A DNA stretch of 29,924 nt from a virus (IMGVR_UViG_3300037863_000154:1-29924), one strand, 5' to 3'; positions 17,544-26,535 are shown, counted from the stretch's first letter. The notes: generated from the sequence alone by a model not told the origin. A program made the numbers and translations.

Positions 17544-18070
17544 TGCCTGAAGTATTTATTATTAGTGATACACACTTTGGTCACAACAACATTGTTAAGT
17601 TTAATAGGAGTGATGGATCTCCCCTGCGTCCATGGGACAACGTTGATGAAATGGATGATGCTCTTATTAAGAATTGGAATAGCGTTGTGGGCAAAGAGGA
17701 TAAGGTGTATCACCTTGGCGATGCCACAATGAATTCTAAGTCTCTTAATGTTTTCTATAACCTTAATGGTACTAAGATTCTTATTAAGGGTAATCATGAT
17801 ATTCAGGCTTTGAAATACTATACCCCGCACTTCAAAGACATTCGTGGTTCACACGAGCTGGATGGTTTTCTTATGACTCACATCCCGGTGCACGATTCCC
17901 AGAAGGGTAGGTATCGTGCCAACATCCACGGTCACATCCACGCAGGGAAAATGAAAGATCCATGGTATTACAATGTAAGCGTTGAAGCCATTAACTATAC
18001 CCCTATTAACTTTAATGAGATACAAAGACACTATAAGAATACCGATAAGCCTGTGAAAGGAAAGAGATAA
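17543..18070 (+). CDS. Calcineurin-like metallophosphoesterase
   Basis: SDTHFGH, HLGD, GNHD, TH and HGHIH motifs. Confidence 0.92.
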   Translation: MPEVFIISDTHFGHNNIVKFNRSDGSPLRPWDNVDEMDDALIKNWNSVVGKEDKVYHLGDATMNSKSLNVFYNLNGTKILIKGNHDIQALKYYTPHFKDIRGSHELDGFLMTHIPVHDSQKGRYRANIHGHIHAGKMKDPWYYNVSVEAINYTPINFNEIQRHYKNTDKPVKGKR

Positions 18071-18399
18071 TGATTAAGGGAAAAATAATGAGTGAGTTAT
18101 GGGTTCCAACGAAACAGCAGATTCTTCCGTGTGCGGACTTGTCGGGTGCGGACTTGCAGGGTGCGGACTTGTGGGGTGGAATGTCACTGAACACACCTTC
18201 CGGGGCCGGCTACCTTATTCCTACACCTGCCGGATGGAAAATAACTATTGGGTCTTGGGCAAACAAAACTTTAGAGGATTTGCGGGCTATTGTTGAGGGT
18301 GACGATTGGCCGGAGTCTGTTGGTGTCGAGAGGGAACGTCTTCGCCCGATTATGGCGGGTGTGCTTGCTTTACGGTTACTACTGGAGGGGAAGAAGTGA
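18070..18399 (+). CDS. Short pentapeptide-repeat protein
   Basis: ADLSG-ADLQG-ADLWG, encoded by three 15-bp repeats at 18131-18175. Confidence 0.65.
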   Translation: MIKGKIMSELWVPTKQQILPCADLSGADLQGADLWGGMSLNTPSGAGYLIPTPAGWKITIGSWANKTLEDLRAIVEGDDWPESVGVERERLRPIMAGVLALRLLLEGKK

Positions 18400-18575
18400 T
18401 GGAGGGTTCTGAGTATCTTAAAATGATTGGCTGGGGTGACGGCTATAGCTGGGGGCATAAGAAGGCGCTGCTTGATTTGATTGAGGAGTTTCAGTCTTAT
18501 GAGCAATACCCTGAGTGGTGGGAGCATGGTCAGGAGATGGAGTGTGTGTTGATTTGGTTGAGGGAGAAATTGTGA
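18399..18575 (+). CDS. Hypothetical protein
   Basis: Start MEGSEYLK, TGATG-coupled to the previous gene. Confidence 0.55.
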   Translation: MEGSEYLKMIGWGDGYSWGHKKALLDLIEEFQSYEQYPEWWEHGQEMECVLIWLREKL

Positions 18576-18938
18576 CTGAGATTGTGGTGGGTGGGGCGCG
18601 TGTGTTTTCTGGATGATATCCTCCATTATACGAGAGCCTCGGCAACAGTTCGGGATTTCCGAACAGTTCGGATGTGTGCAGGGTTCCTGTCCGGATGATT
18701 GCAGATAAACTTAGCTGTGTACGAAACGTGTCAATACCGTACCGGAAACGGTACACCCTTGGCAAACCTTTTAACTGCTGTCACAAACGTACCTAAATAG
18801 GTACACATACGACACACCTGTAAACGTCTAGAAACAAGGCATCCGAGGGCGGTGGCTATTGAAACACGAATTGGCTGGACACCAGATTCCCTCGGATATT
18901 TATGGTAGTCTATGGGAAGACGATAAGGAAAACTTTGG

Positions 18939-19121
18939 ATGAAAAGAAAACATAGAACCGAGAACAAAATGCTTAGAGCTTGGGGCAACTCCTGTGGATG
19001 GGTAGCCGATCTGTTTCTTAGCCATGCAGTTAAGTATGGTGATTATTACGAGTGGGAAGACATTAACAAGTGGTTGGACGAAAACAACGACGAAATTTTT
19101 CTTAAAGCTCCGCGAAAATAA
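18939..19121 (+). CDS. Hypothetical protein
   Basis: 60-aa ORF. Confidence 0.5.
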   Translation: MKRKHRTENKMLRAWGNSCGWVADLFLSHAVKYGDYYEWEDINKWLDENNDEIFLKAPRK

Positions 19122-19197
19122 GATTTTAAAGTTCGGCGATAATAGAGAAACCACACTCGACACGAGTGATAACCCAGATAGGCGAAATATTGTGGGC

Positions 19198-19356
19198 ATG
19201 AGAGCACATCCTAGAGAGCATGGAACTCTTAAAGGATATAAACAACACGAGAGGCTAAAAGAAAAATATTGTCGTCCGTGTTTAAATGCAATGTGCTTAA
19301 GGGTGCAAAAATCTTGGGGGATCAGGAAGCAGAGCACAATTCCCTATAGTACATAA
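19198..19356 (+). CDS. Small His/Cys zinc-binding protein
   Basis: HGTLKGYKQH...CRPC motif of a type seen in actinophages. Confidence 0.55.
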   Translation: MRAHPREHGTLKGYKQHERLKEKYCRPCLNAMCLRVQKSWGIRKQSTIPYST

Positions 19357-19444
19357 TACCCTATAAGAAAGAAACCCTATAGGGGGATATACCTGATATG
19401 GGGATAGCCTGTGTGGCGAAAACCTTATACCCCGCAAGAAAATA

Positions 19445-19481
19445 TACTCCATTTTACTCCATTTTACTCCATTTTACTCCA
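19445..19481 (+). repeat. Tandem repeat (TACTCCATTT) x3.7
   Basis: Read directly from the sequence. Confidence 0.95.
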
Positions 19482-19499
19482 AATACGTCTTACTCACAC

Positions 19500-19520
19500 T
19501 GTGGATAACGCTGTGGATAA
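19500..19520 (-). promoter_or_regulatory. Two DnaA boxes
   Basis: TGTGGATAA at 19500-19508 and 19512-19520. Confidence 0.7.
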
Positions 19521-20314
19521 GTATTGGAAAAAGATATATGGGTATTGGAACACCCTCCTATAGCCCTTCGTAATCATTTTAAAACTATAATATCCCCATA
19601 TATCTGTGGGATTTTTTTCAAAGGGTTCGTAATGTGTTATATCAGGGATATCTGGTGTTATATGTATAGGGATATAGAGAGAAATGTTTGTTTTTGATCA
19701 TACAAATTCCCCTCAAAAATATCTAAATATACATAATAAAATAAACAAACATATCCTTTTTATTTAAAAATCCAGGGAAAAGATTAATAAACTATAACCA
19801 ACATATAGAGCATTATGTTCTATGTACTATAGGGGATAATGGGTACTTATCTTATACCCAAAAAACTTTGTGGCATTTTTTTTGAAGGGTTCTTAATACT
19901 ATTTATCCCTGGGCTTTATAAGATGCCATGCAGCAAAGCATAGTATAAGTGTTACGATCAGTATTGATTCCATATAGGATAAGTATACCTTATAACTTGT
20001 GGCATTTTAAAAGCTTCTTCGTAATACCTTTTAATAAAACTAACATTCATCATACCCATGGCGCTGCGCGCAAAAAAATCAAGGCATTGAGCAGATCCTA
20101 TGATATAACAAAATGTAATAGAGTGATTGTATATGGGAAACATACTAATACCTTGATACATATAGTATACCCCAAAACTTGTAGGATATCAAGTGTAGGG
20201 TTCTTAATAAAAGCTGTGCGATTTTTTATAAAGGGTTCATAAAGGTTTTTATTTGAATTGAATTGAATGTAACGGAATGATAACGGAATGCGCGCATAGC
20301 GTGCGCGCACCGAT

Positions 20315-20334
20315 CCCACCCCTTTCGAGGTGGG
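20315..20334 (-). terminator. GC-rich stem-loop ending the leftward block
   Basis: CCCACC-N8-GGTGGG, just after the stop codon at 20342. Confidence 0.5.
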
Positions 20335-20341
20335 TGCGGTA

Positions 20342-20602
20342 CTAAATTAGTTTTTCGAAATCGTCAAAACTCTCAAAGGGTTCTCTGTCATCTTCTACCT
20401 CAAGGGCCTTCATTAGCAAATCCCAAGTTTCATTTATGAAGTGAGTGCCCTTCTCAGTTGGCTCTGACATATTCTGAAATATCAAATAAGCGAGTGGCAA
20501 TCCTAAATCATTGTACGAAATAAAATCAGCGAGCGATTCTTCTTGTTTGTATCCAAACCAAAGCTCACCAAGAATCTCGCACCTGATATCAAACGGTGTC
20601 AT
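20342..20602 (-). CDS. Hypothetical phage protein
   Basis: CEILGELW..YNDLGLPLAY..INETW motif. Confidence 0.75.
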   Translation of the reverse strand: MTPFDIRCEILGELWFGYKQEESLADFISYNDLGLPLAYLIFQNMSEPTEKGTHFINETWDLLMKALEVEDDREPFESFDDFEKLI

Positions 20603-20835
20603 TTCCAGGGTTCTCCCATTCTGTGTAGTCTTTCATAGTGTGCGTTTCTGTCTGTTTTTGCGTTGTGGCTATCAATCGCAGAATGGAATATGTGTTCGAA
20701 TCTAAGGAAATCAGCCTTCCTAGCGAACTGAACAAAATACAATCCAATCAGGTCTAGGTCTAGCCTAATGTCAGAAATCAAGTCCACAATTTTTAGAGCA
20801 ACCTTTTCTTCATCTGTTAGTTTTTGTTTAGCCAT
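20599..20835 (-). CDS. Hypothetical protein
   Basis: ATGA overlap with the next gene. TGCTATAAT upstream. Confidence 0.7.
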   Translation of the reverse strand: MAKQKLTDEEKVALKIVDLISDIRLDLDLIGLYFVQFARKADFLRFEHIFHSAIDSHNAKTDRNAHYERLHRMGEPWK

Positions 20836-20894
20836 TATTTCCCATTATAGCAGTCGAATAAGTTTTTGTAAAGCACCAGTTCAGGTTACACCGA

Positions 20895-21293
20895 TTAGTG
20901 AATATCAGTATGTTGTCCGATAAAGCTACCGGTACCGTATGGATATTGTTGACACACAATGTCATACTCCGGCAGGGCAAGAAGATGTTCTCTAATCCTG
21001 TCTGGTATCTCTTTATAGGTTGAAATGAAACTATCTCTACAAGTCCAGAAGTTTTTCTCTGTTGACAGTCCAAGTGTTAGCACTTCGTCTTCACCTTCTT
21101 CGAGGAACAAAGTTAGGTCATCATTTTTTTCACCTGTTCCGAATCCTGTAAAGCTCCAATGAGATTCATCATCTGACCACTCTGAGTTTATCTTATAGAA
21201 ATCAACCCTCCAGCCACCCAGTAACTCTCCGGATGTTTTTTGATAAAGTTCATCCCAAATGTTGAGGTCATAGTTGTTTATTGTAAGTTTCAT
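20895..21293 (-). CDS. Hypothetical protein, paralog of 21302-21682
   Basis: NYDLNIWD and TYKEIPDR motifs. Leaderless, after TATAAT. Confidence 0.7.
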   Translation of the reverse strand: MKLTINNYDLNIWDELYQKTSGELLGGWRVDFYKINSEWSDDESHWSFTGFGTGEKNDDLTLFLEEGEDEVLTLGLSTEKNFWTCRDSFISTYKEIPDRIREHLLALPEYDIVCQQYPYGTGSFIGQHTDIH

Positions 21294-21301
21294 ATTACCT
21301 A

Positions 21302-21682
21302 TTATACCGCGACTTCGCCATATGGCAAAACTGATTGCTCATATGCAGGCAAGGCCCAAAGTAGATTGGCTACCCGCTCAGGAATGTCCCTGTAGGTGTG
21401 AAAGAATGTATCTTTGTCTAACCAGAAATCTTTATCTGGTGCGTAGTCTCCACCTAGGTCAGTACCCCAGCCAAGTGTAATCCTCTTGGATTCTGTCGGG
21501 GTAAGAGTAATAGTTTCTTTATAGTCACCACTACCATATGGAGAGCCTACAGCAGGATAGCTATAGACTTCAATCGACCATCCTTCTTCTTGATACTCAG
21601 TTTCATACCCTCGCCTATCCCAAATGTTCAGGTCATAGTTCTCGGTCATCACTGCGTTGTTCAAACTAATTTTATTAGACAT
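21302..21682 (-). CDS. Hypothetical protein, paralog of 20895-21293
   Basis: NYDLNIWD and TYRDIPER motifs. Confidence 0.7.
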   Translation of the reverse strand: MSNKISLNNAVMTENYDLNIWDRRGYETEYQEEGWSIEVYSYPAVGSPYGSGDYKETITLTPTESKRITLGWGTDLGGDYAPDKDFWLDKDTFFHTYRDIPERVANLLWALPAYEQSVLPYGEVAV

Positions 21683-22073
21683 TTACTTTGACTCCCATTC
21701 CATATTCGGCAAGGTACATATCTCTAGGATACACGATATCAGTGTGTGTCACAAATCCCCCAGCCTTATCCCACTTCTCTTCCATGATGTCAATTTGTTT
21801 AGTTACATAGTTATAGATAGGGACGTCATACCCGTCGCCTGTTACTGATAGTTTGTTGATAGACATGCCTACCCCAGTTTCTTTATCCCAATCAGAATCA
21901 ATGACTCTTGAAACAAAGATACGTGTAAAGTATGATTCATCACCATCACGAGGCATAGCGTATGCTATAGCATTCGCAACGGTAGTGTGCCTATCTTCTC
22001 CACCCCAATGTAAGTAAAGATAAATAGTGTTACCATCGCTACCCTTGATTCCGACTGACGCACGGTCTCCCAT
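21675..22073 (-). CDS. Hypothetical phage protein
   Basis: MGDRA...IYLYLHWGG and DESYFTRI motifs. Confidence 0.75.
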   Translation of the reverse strand: MGDRASVGIKGSDGNTIYLYLHWGGEDRHTTVANAIAYAMPRDGDESYFTRIFVSRVIDSDWDKETGVGMSINKLSVTGDGYDVPIYNYVTKQIDIMEEKWDKAGGFVTHTDIVYPRDMYLAEYGMGVKVNV

Positions 22074-22189
22074 TATTTTGCCTCTCCAAATATGTCTGTT
22101 AGTTTTTGTAATTGTTCGGGGGCAAGGTTGTCAATGACATCCATACCATAGTCTAATACATCTTCCATTGCTTTTTCGAATTCATTCAT
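22073..22189 (-). CDS. 38-aa hypothetical protein
   Basis: MNEFEKAMEDV..., leaderless from the motif promoter at 22208. Confidence 0.6.
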   Translation of the reverse strand: MNEFEKAMEDVLDYGMDVIDNLAPEQLQKLTDIFGEAK

Positions 22190-22233
22190 AGCTATACCTT
22201 ATCACCTACCACTGACATTACCGTTTCCAAATA

Positions 22234-22344
22234 CTAATAGTCATGGCTCCAATAATAAGCATCGGAACAAGCAAGACACATACCTAGCTCTTCCTCGTGG
22301 ATATCCGAATCGATCGGGGTATCACAATGGATACAAGCCTTCAT
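22234..22344 (-). CDS. 36-aa zinc-finger peptide
   Basis: MKACIHCDT...MCLACSD. Confidence 0.55.
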   Translation of the reverse strand: MKACIHCDTPIDSDIHEEELGMCLACSDAYYWSHDY

Positions 22345-22512
22345 TCTTTTACCTTCCTGGGGTCAATACCACTTGATACCATTACCTCAAACAATACTGC
22401 CGCATACTCTTCATCCATAGTTATACCCCACCCCTCCACATCTTACTAATAATAAAACTAACTAACAAGATAGCAATCCCAATCGGGTAGCCGCTATTCA
22501 AGAAACTCTCCA

Positions 22513-22689
22513 CTACAGAATCTCCATCTCAATAGCGGGGCGGATATCACTAAAGCGTAAATCAATTACATCATCTAGCATTACATCTGTAAAATAGTTT
22601 ACTAACTCATTACCCTCAAGCCCTTCGGCGTATGGGTCATCTTTGATAACATACTCAAAAGCAATTACGCCTCTAGCGATTCTACTCAT
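22513..22689 (-). CDS. 58-aa hypothetical protein
   Basis: MSRIARGVIAFEY... RBS AAGGAG, downstream of the motif promoter at 22728. Confidence 0.65.
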   Translation of the reverse strand: MSRIARGVIAFEYVIKDDPYAEGLEGNELVNYFTDVMLDDVIDLRFSDIRPAIEMEIL

Positions 22690-22930
22690 TACTCTCTCCT
22701 TTTAGTATTTCTTCTAGTGTAGCAAGAACCACTGACACTGTAAATGAAGAGGGCATCCGGTCTAATTCAGGTTGTGCCCTAACATTCTTAAGTATCCTAA
22801 GACATTCATTGATTCCATCGTCATAACCGCTATCATATAATGCGGAGTCATCTCCATCCTTCCATTCTTGCCAATCTTCATAAAATCGATCTTCATATAC
22901 TTCATCCCCCACTCTAGTAACTTGGGTCAT
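22682..22930 (-). CDS. Hypothetical acidic protein
   Basis: 82-aa ORF. Confidence 0.55.
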   Translation of the reverse strand: MTQVTRVGDEVYEDRFYEDWQEWKDGDDSALYDSGYDDGINECLRILKNVRAQPELDRMPSSFTVSVVLATLEEILKGESNE

Positions 22931-23207
22931 TGCTCACCACCGTATCAATGTCTGTCCAGGGGTTCGAGGTAACATAGAAACCCAGCCTGTTGAAATACCT
23001 AATACCAGGCAAGACATCTGCGTAAACACTGTTAGGGTTATTATCTACAACAGTCCACACATACTTGATGGAGTCTTGCGAATTCCCAGCGGTATCCATA
23101 GCGTCTTCCAAAAAGGAATAGATATCTCCAATGGGGATATACTTCTCTTCCCACTCTTTATAACTAATTACAATCTCTTCACCGAATGGCACTTTCCTTC
23201 TCCTCAT
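22914..23207 (-). CDS. Hypothetical phage protein
   Basis: VWTVVD...PGIRYFNRLGFYVT..PW motif. Confidence 0.7.
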   Translation of the reverse strand: MRRRKVPFGEEIVISYKEWEEKYIPIGDIYSFLEDAMDTAGNSQDSIKYVWTVVDNNPNSVYADVLPGIRYFNRLGFYVTSNPWTDIDTVVSNDPSY

Positions 23208-23312
23208 CTAAGTCAATAATATAAACATCTACATCATCGGGGGCAGAGACAATATGGGCAACTCCACCCAATACCTCTATATAGACTTCTCGTCTTTCGG
23301 CAGCCTGAACAG

Positions 23313-23477
23313 TCATCGAAAGTCATCCTCAATCTTAGCAATCAAATGAGAATATACTTCATACATGGCCTCCAACTCTTGATAGTCTCTAGAATGATAG
23401 CCTACAGCCATCATCTCATTGGAGAGTTCGTTCTTCCTTACATCAAGGTATTCTAGAATTGCGTTTATTTTGTCCAT
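23313..23477 (-). CDS. 54-aa hypothetical protein
   Basis: MDKINAILEYLD..., leaderless from TTGACA-N17-TATAGT (23484-23512). Confidence 0.6.
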   Translation of the reverse strand: MDKINAILEYLDVRKNELSNEMMAVGYHSRDYQELEAMYEVYSHLIAKIEDDFR

Positions 23478-23619
23478 ATAAAAACTATACCAGCGACCAC
23501 TGACACTGTCAATAAAAACGTGGGAGTTTTTTGATGCTGTTCTTAAAGGTTGTTAGTAGAGTAATTATGTTATTATACAATATGACGGAATATCGGTGCG
23601 CGCACACCCCCGAGGGAGT

Positions 23620-23646
23620 GGGCAGTTTAGAGTCATGCCTAGGACT
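23620..23646 (-). ncRNA. H-type pseudoknot motif, copy 1
   Basis: AGTC-CTAGGCAT-GACT-CTAAAC-TGCCC. Confidence 0.65.
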
Positions 23647-23654
23647 ATGAGGGC

Positions 23655-24662
23655 TTACACCGATGTCAGCTGTTTGACAATTCCGTTCAGCCTGTTTTTC
23701 TCGGCGTTGATGACTGGGTCAAAGCCACTAGCACCAGCCAACACAGATTCGTTGTTGCCCTTACGACCTGAGCGGTACCAGTCAAGGCGTTCGGTCATGG
23801 CGTTCAAAGCACCCCAAGCCGTACCAGCAATGGTGTGATTGAATTGTCCGGTGTAGATATCTTCAATCAGTTCCACCTTAGTGTTCCACTTGGATACCGC
23901 ACCCTTTTTGTCTTCTTCAGGGCGAGGGTATGCCTTGAGCACAATCTCCATGAACTTATCCTGAGTAATCTGAGTTTCAATCATAGCCTTAGCCACGAGG
24001 TCAAACTCATCCATGTAAGCGTTAGCCAAGCCAAGAGCCTCACGAGCCGCCTGGATTTTACCGTTAGCCGTTTGGGTGTGACGAATCTTGTAGGACTGTT
24101 TTACGGTACGGTTACGACCAACACCGCTACCAAGAGCAAGGTTCAGAGTGTTAGCACACACTACCCGCACAGGGGTGACGCTAGCCTGAATAGCGATAGA
24201 GCCATCGTGAGAGGTGTTCACCAACAGGTAGGAGTTGATTTTATCTTCAACACCTGAAGGGTCGAGCACCGTTTCACGCTCAAGAGCGAGAGAGCCAAAG
24301 ACCTGCCGACCACCCTTGATAGAGCCAGCCGTTTCCCAACGACCACCACCGTCTAGCAGGGCATCTCCAAAGTCAAACAATTCTTCGTTTTGAAGAATGC
24401 GGTAACGCTCACCAACGACACCAAGAATGTCTGTCTGCTTTTTGTCAAATGGGTTAGTTCGAGCGACATAGTTGTACACCTTGTCAGAGGCAAAGCCATC
24501 AGGGGTAACAACTTCTTCAAGGCGAACATTCCAATCCTGAAGGTTAGCCAACTCCAACATTTCTGAGGTAGACACTTCTTCCTGAAATACAGTGCCAAGA
24601 CCATGCCAGGCAGGTTGACGGTATGAGGCGAATGATTTATCTGATTCTAGTTCGTGAGCCAT
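23655..24662 (-). CDS. DUF932-family (phage/plasmid-like) protein
   Basis: PAWHGLG, LGVVGERYRILQN, WETAGSIKGGRQVF, NTSHDGS, TPVRVVCANTL, IRHT and GTAWGALNA motifs. Confidence 0.9.
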   Translation of the reverse strand: MAHELESDKSFASYRQPAWHGLGTVFQEEVSTSEMLELANLQDWNVRLEEVVTPDGFASDKVYNYVARTNPFDKKQTDILGVVGERYRILQNEELFDFGDALLDGGGRWETAGSIKGGRQVFGSLALERETVLDPSGVEDKINSYLLVNTSHDGSIAIQASVTPVRVVCANTLNLALGSGVGRNRTVKQSYKIRHTQTANGKIQAAREALGLANAYMDEFDLVAKAMIETQITQDKFMEIVLKAYPRPEEDKKGAVSKWNTKVELIEDIYTGQFNHTIAGTAWGALNAMTERLDWYRSGRKGNNESVLAGASGFDPVINAEKNRLNGIVKQLTSV

Positions 24663-24810
24663 GAGGTTCACCTTTCGTTAGGGGATTTATTTGCTTACTA
24701 AACTAACTATACACCCGACCACTGACACTGTCAAGGTAATTCAGCATCTTCGTAAACTAAGTTATAGTTTTGTTATATCAAAAATCGTGCGCGCACATTT
24801 TATGTTGATG

Positions 24811-24841
24811 TGAGCAGTTTACGATCGACATGCTCAGGTCG
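24811..24841 (-). ncRNA. H-type pseudoknot motif, copy 2
   Basis: CGAC-CTGAGCAT-GTCG-ATCGTAAAC-TGCTCA. Confidence 0.7.
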
Positions 24842-24862
24842 TTTTCTCCCCCCAGAGAAAAT

Positions 24863-25036
24863 CTAGGAAATCAAAAGGACATCATCCGGGATATACCCCA
24901 TGTCCTTTATCTGCACGACAAAGTCTGTTTCTTCAATGTAGTCATAGTTACCAAACTTAGCTTTAGCCTCATCTGCATCCATGGCCCATACAGTGTATGT
25001 CTTGTATTCTGTTACGTGGAATTCTTTTAGTTTCAT
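24863..25036 (-). CDS. Hypothetical protein
   Basis: Start MKLKEF, TGATG-coupled to the previous gene. Confidence 0.6.
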   Translation of the reverse strand: MKLKEFHVTEYKTYTVWAMDADEAKAKFGNYDYIEETDFVVQIKDMGYIPDDVLLIS

Positions 25037-25230
25037 CAGACTACCTCTACCCATTCCATAGTTGTAACTAGCAATTGATTATAATCACCAGATTTTGCTT
25101 CCTTCAGATACAAGGCCTGCTCTTCTTTGTCGACGCCCGCTCTTCGCATAGCTCTGGTCACCGCTCCCATAATTGAGAATGCGTTACCATCAATGCTAGT
25201 TAGGTCCACCGCGATATCGTATTTTGCCAT
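25036..25230 (-). CDS. Conserved phage hypothetical protein
   Basis: DGNAFSIMGAV..AMRRAG...SGDYNQLL motif. Confidence 0.75.
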   Translation of the reverse strand: MAKYDIAVDLTSIDGNAFSIMGAVTRAMRRAGVDKEEQALYLKEAKSGDYNQLLVTTMEWVEVV

Positions 25231-25231
25231 T

Positions 25232-25750
25232 TTACTCTCCACTTCCTCTAACCATAATCCAGATTAGTGCTTGCGTTGTACGGGGGGTAAGCCCAAACTT
25301 GTTGGACACTGTTTTGATTGCTTCAGTTACCTCAGTATACTGTGTTTTGTTAGGGCTGTCAACTCCATAACCGGCTGCCCTCATAATCCATACATCAACA
25401 ACTACAGCATTTTCGTCACCAGCGATTGCTCTGGCAAAGGCATTTGTTTTTGGTCCTCGTAATGCTTCATATCCCAAGACCTTGCTTGCCTCTGCCATTT
25501 TCAGGTTATTCGATAATCCTGTTACTGGCTTGCCTAGTGAGAAATGGATAGCCTTTGTGACATTGCTTGTCCATCGTTCTCTAGGTGAGAATGCGGACAC
25601 AACACTAGCACCTACCTCAAGGCTAGACTCTAGGTTTTCTGCTACCTTGTGGGCAACCTTTTCTGCTTCAAAATACCACTTAGCCGATTGCTCAATTTGG
25701 CCAGGGGTAGCGTCTTCGACATAAGACTGAAATGTCTGTACCAGATTCAT
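25232..25750 (-). CDS. Helix-hairpin-helix DNA-glycosylase-like phage protein
   Basis: WY, SAFSPRERW..N, GPKTNAF, AVVVDVWIMRAA and QALIW pattern resembling the HhH-GPD fold. Confidence 0.55.
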   Translation of the reverse strand: MNLVQTFQSYVEDATPGQIEQSAKWYFEAEKVAHKVAENLESSLEVGASVVSAFSPRERWTSNVTKAIHFSLGKPVTGLSNNLKMAEASKVLGYEALRGPKTNAFARAIAGDENAVVVDVWIMRAAGYGVDSPNKTQYTEVTEAIKTVSNKFGLTPRTTQALIWIMVRGSGE

Positions 25751-25867
25751 ATTAGTTCTTTCTCTAGGGGGGGTTGATATATTTATATCATAGCAGGTAC
25801 CACTGACACTGTCTGCCCGACACGCCGTAGAGAGTAAAAAATGCGCGCACTTCGATCACCCTCTCGG

Positions 25868-25970
25868 GGGGCAGTTTATCCACTATACCTTCTACCCAGG
25901 TGAGGCTCCAATCGTCACTCAGGCTCGCCGCTTCCCGAGGAATAGGATAGTTTAGACACATACCCAGGTG
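25868..25970 (-). ncRNA. H-type pseudoknot motif, copies 3 and 4
   Basis: CAC-CTGGGTAT-GTG-TCTAAAC-TATCC (25945-25970) and CAC-CTGGGTA-insert-GTG-GATAAAC-TGCCC (25868-25902). Confidence 0.6.
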
Positions 25971-25980
25971 CTTCCTCCCC

Positions 25981-26430
25981 TTAGAGGATTTCTACAATTG
26001 CCCCATAGGTTGAGGCATTGACTTCTTCTTGTGTGGTCAGTTTCAGGATACGGAGATTTTTCTCCAGCAGTGATTTCTGAGTGACATACTCACGACCAAA
26101 CGACTCTTTTTGATTTGGGGCTACTGGTGCTTCTGGTCGCTTAGGAAAGTCAGTAATTGCTGAGGGGTCAAAGGTTACTTCTACCCTTCCACGATAACTG
26201 TCGTTGATACGAATAACGCTGTCGTAGTCGTACCCAATCTTTTTGATATTCTTTACAAGATAGTCAGACATAAAGTTAGCAACATTCTTTTTGTATGCTT
26301 CTGTGTCTTTATCAAACTGGGCACGCCTTGCGGGGTAGTCCTCAATATCTTTGTCAATCTGAGCCAACTTAGACTCAATCTGCTCAATGATAGCGATAGT
26401 GGGAACTTTGACAGAGATGTTTCTTGCCAT
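25981..26430 (-). CDS. Hypothetical protein
   Basis: 149-aa ORF with RBS AAGGAA and the motif promoter at 26484. Confidence 0.8.
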   Translation of the reverse strand: MARNISVKVPTIAIIEQIESKLAQIDKDIEDYPARRAQFDKDTEAYKKNVANFMSDYLVKNIKKIGYDYDSVIRINDSYRGRVEVTFDPSAITDFPKRPEAPVAPNQKESFGREYVTQKSLLEKNLRILKLTTQEEVNASTYGAIVEIL

Positions 26431-26501
26431 TTTATTATTCCTTCTTTTAGGGGGGATTTGCTTACTATGTAACTATAACACGAACCTCTGACATAGAGGT
26501 G

Positions 26502-26535
26502 TGTGGGGGTAGGTTATGGAATGCCTACCCCCACA
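26502..26535 (-). terminator. Stem-loop
   Basis: TGTGGGGGTAGG-N10-CCTACCCCCACA. Confidence 0.65.

Larger units (their letters stand above)
19357..20340. other. AT-rich non-coding region: candidate origin or genome-end region
   Basis: Lies between convergent gene blocks. Contains a tandem repeat, two DnaA boxes, five 28-bp elements and three TGCGCGCA. Confidence 0.55.

Noticed and set aside
973-20290. TAACGGAATG shared by the tRNA-like element and positions 20270 and 20281
   Set aside because: A 10-mer match with no flanking similarity could be chance.
19949-20319. Three ORF-track calls in the AT-rich region
   Set aside because: They overlap one another, lack an RBS and run through DNA motif repeats, so they are probably spurious.
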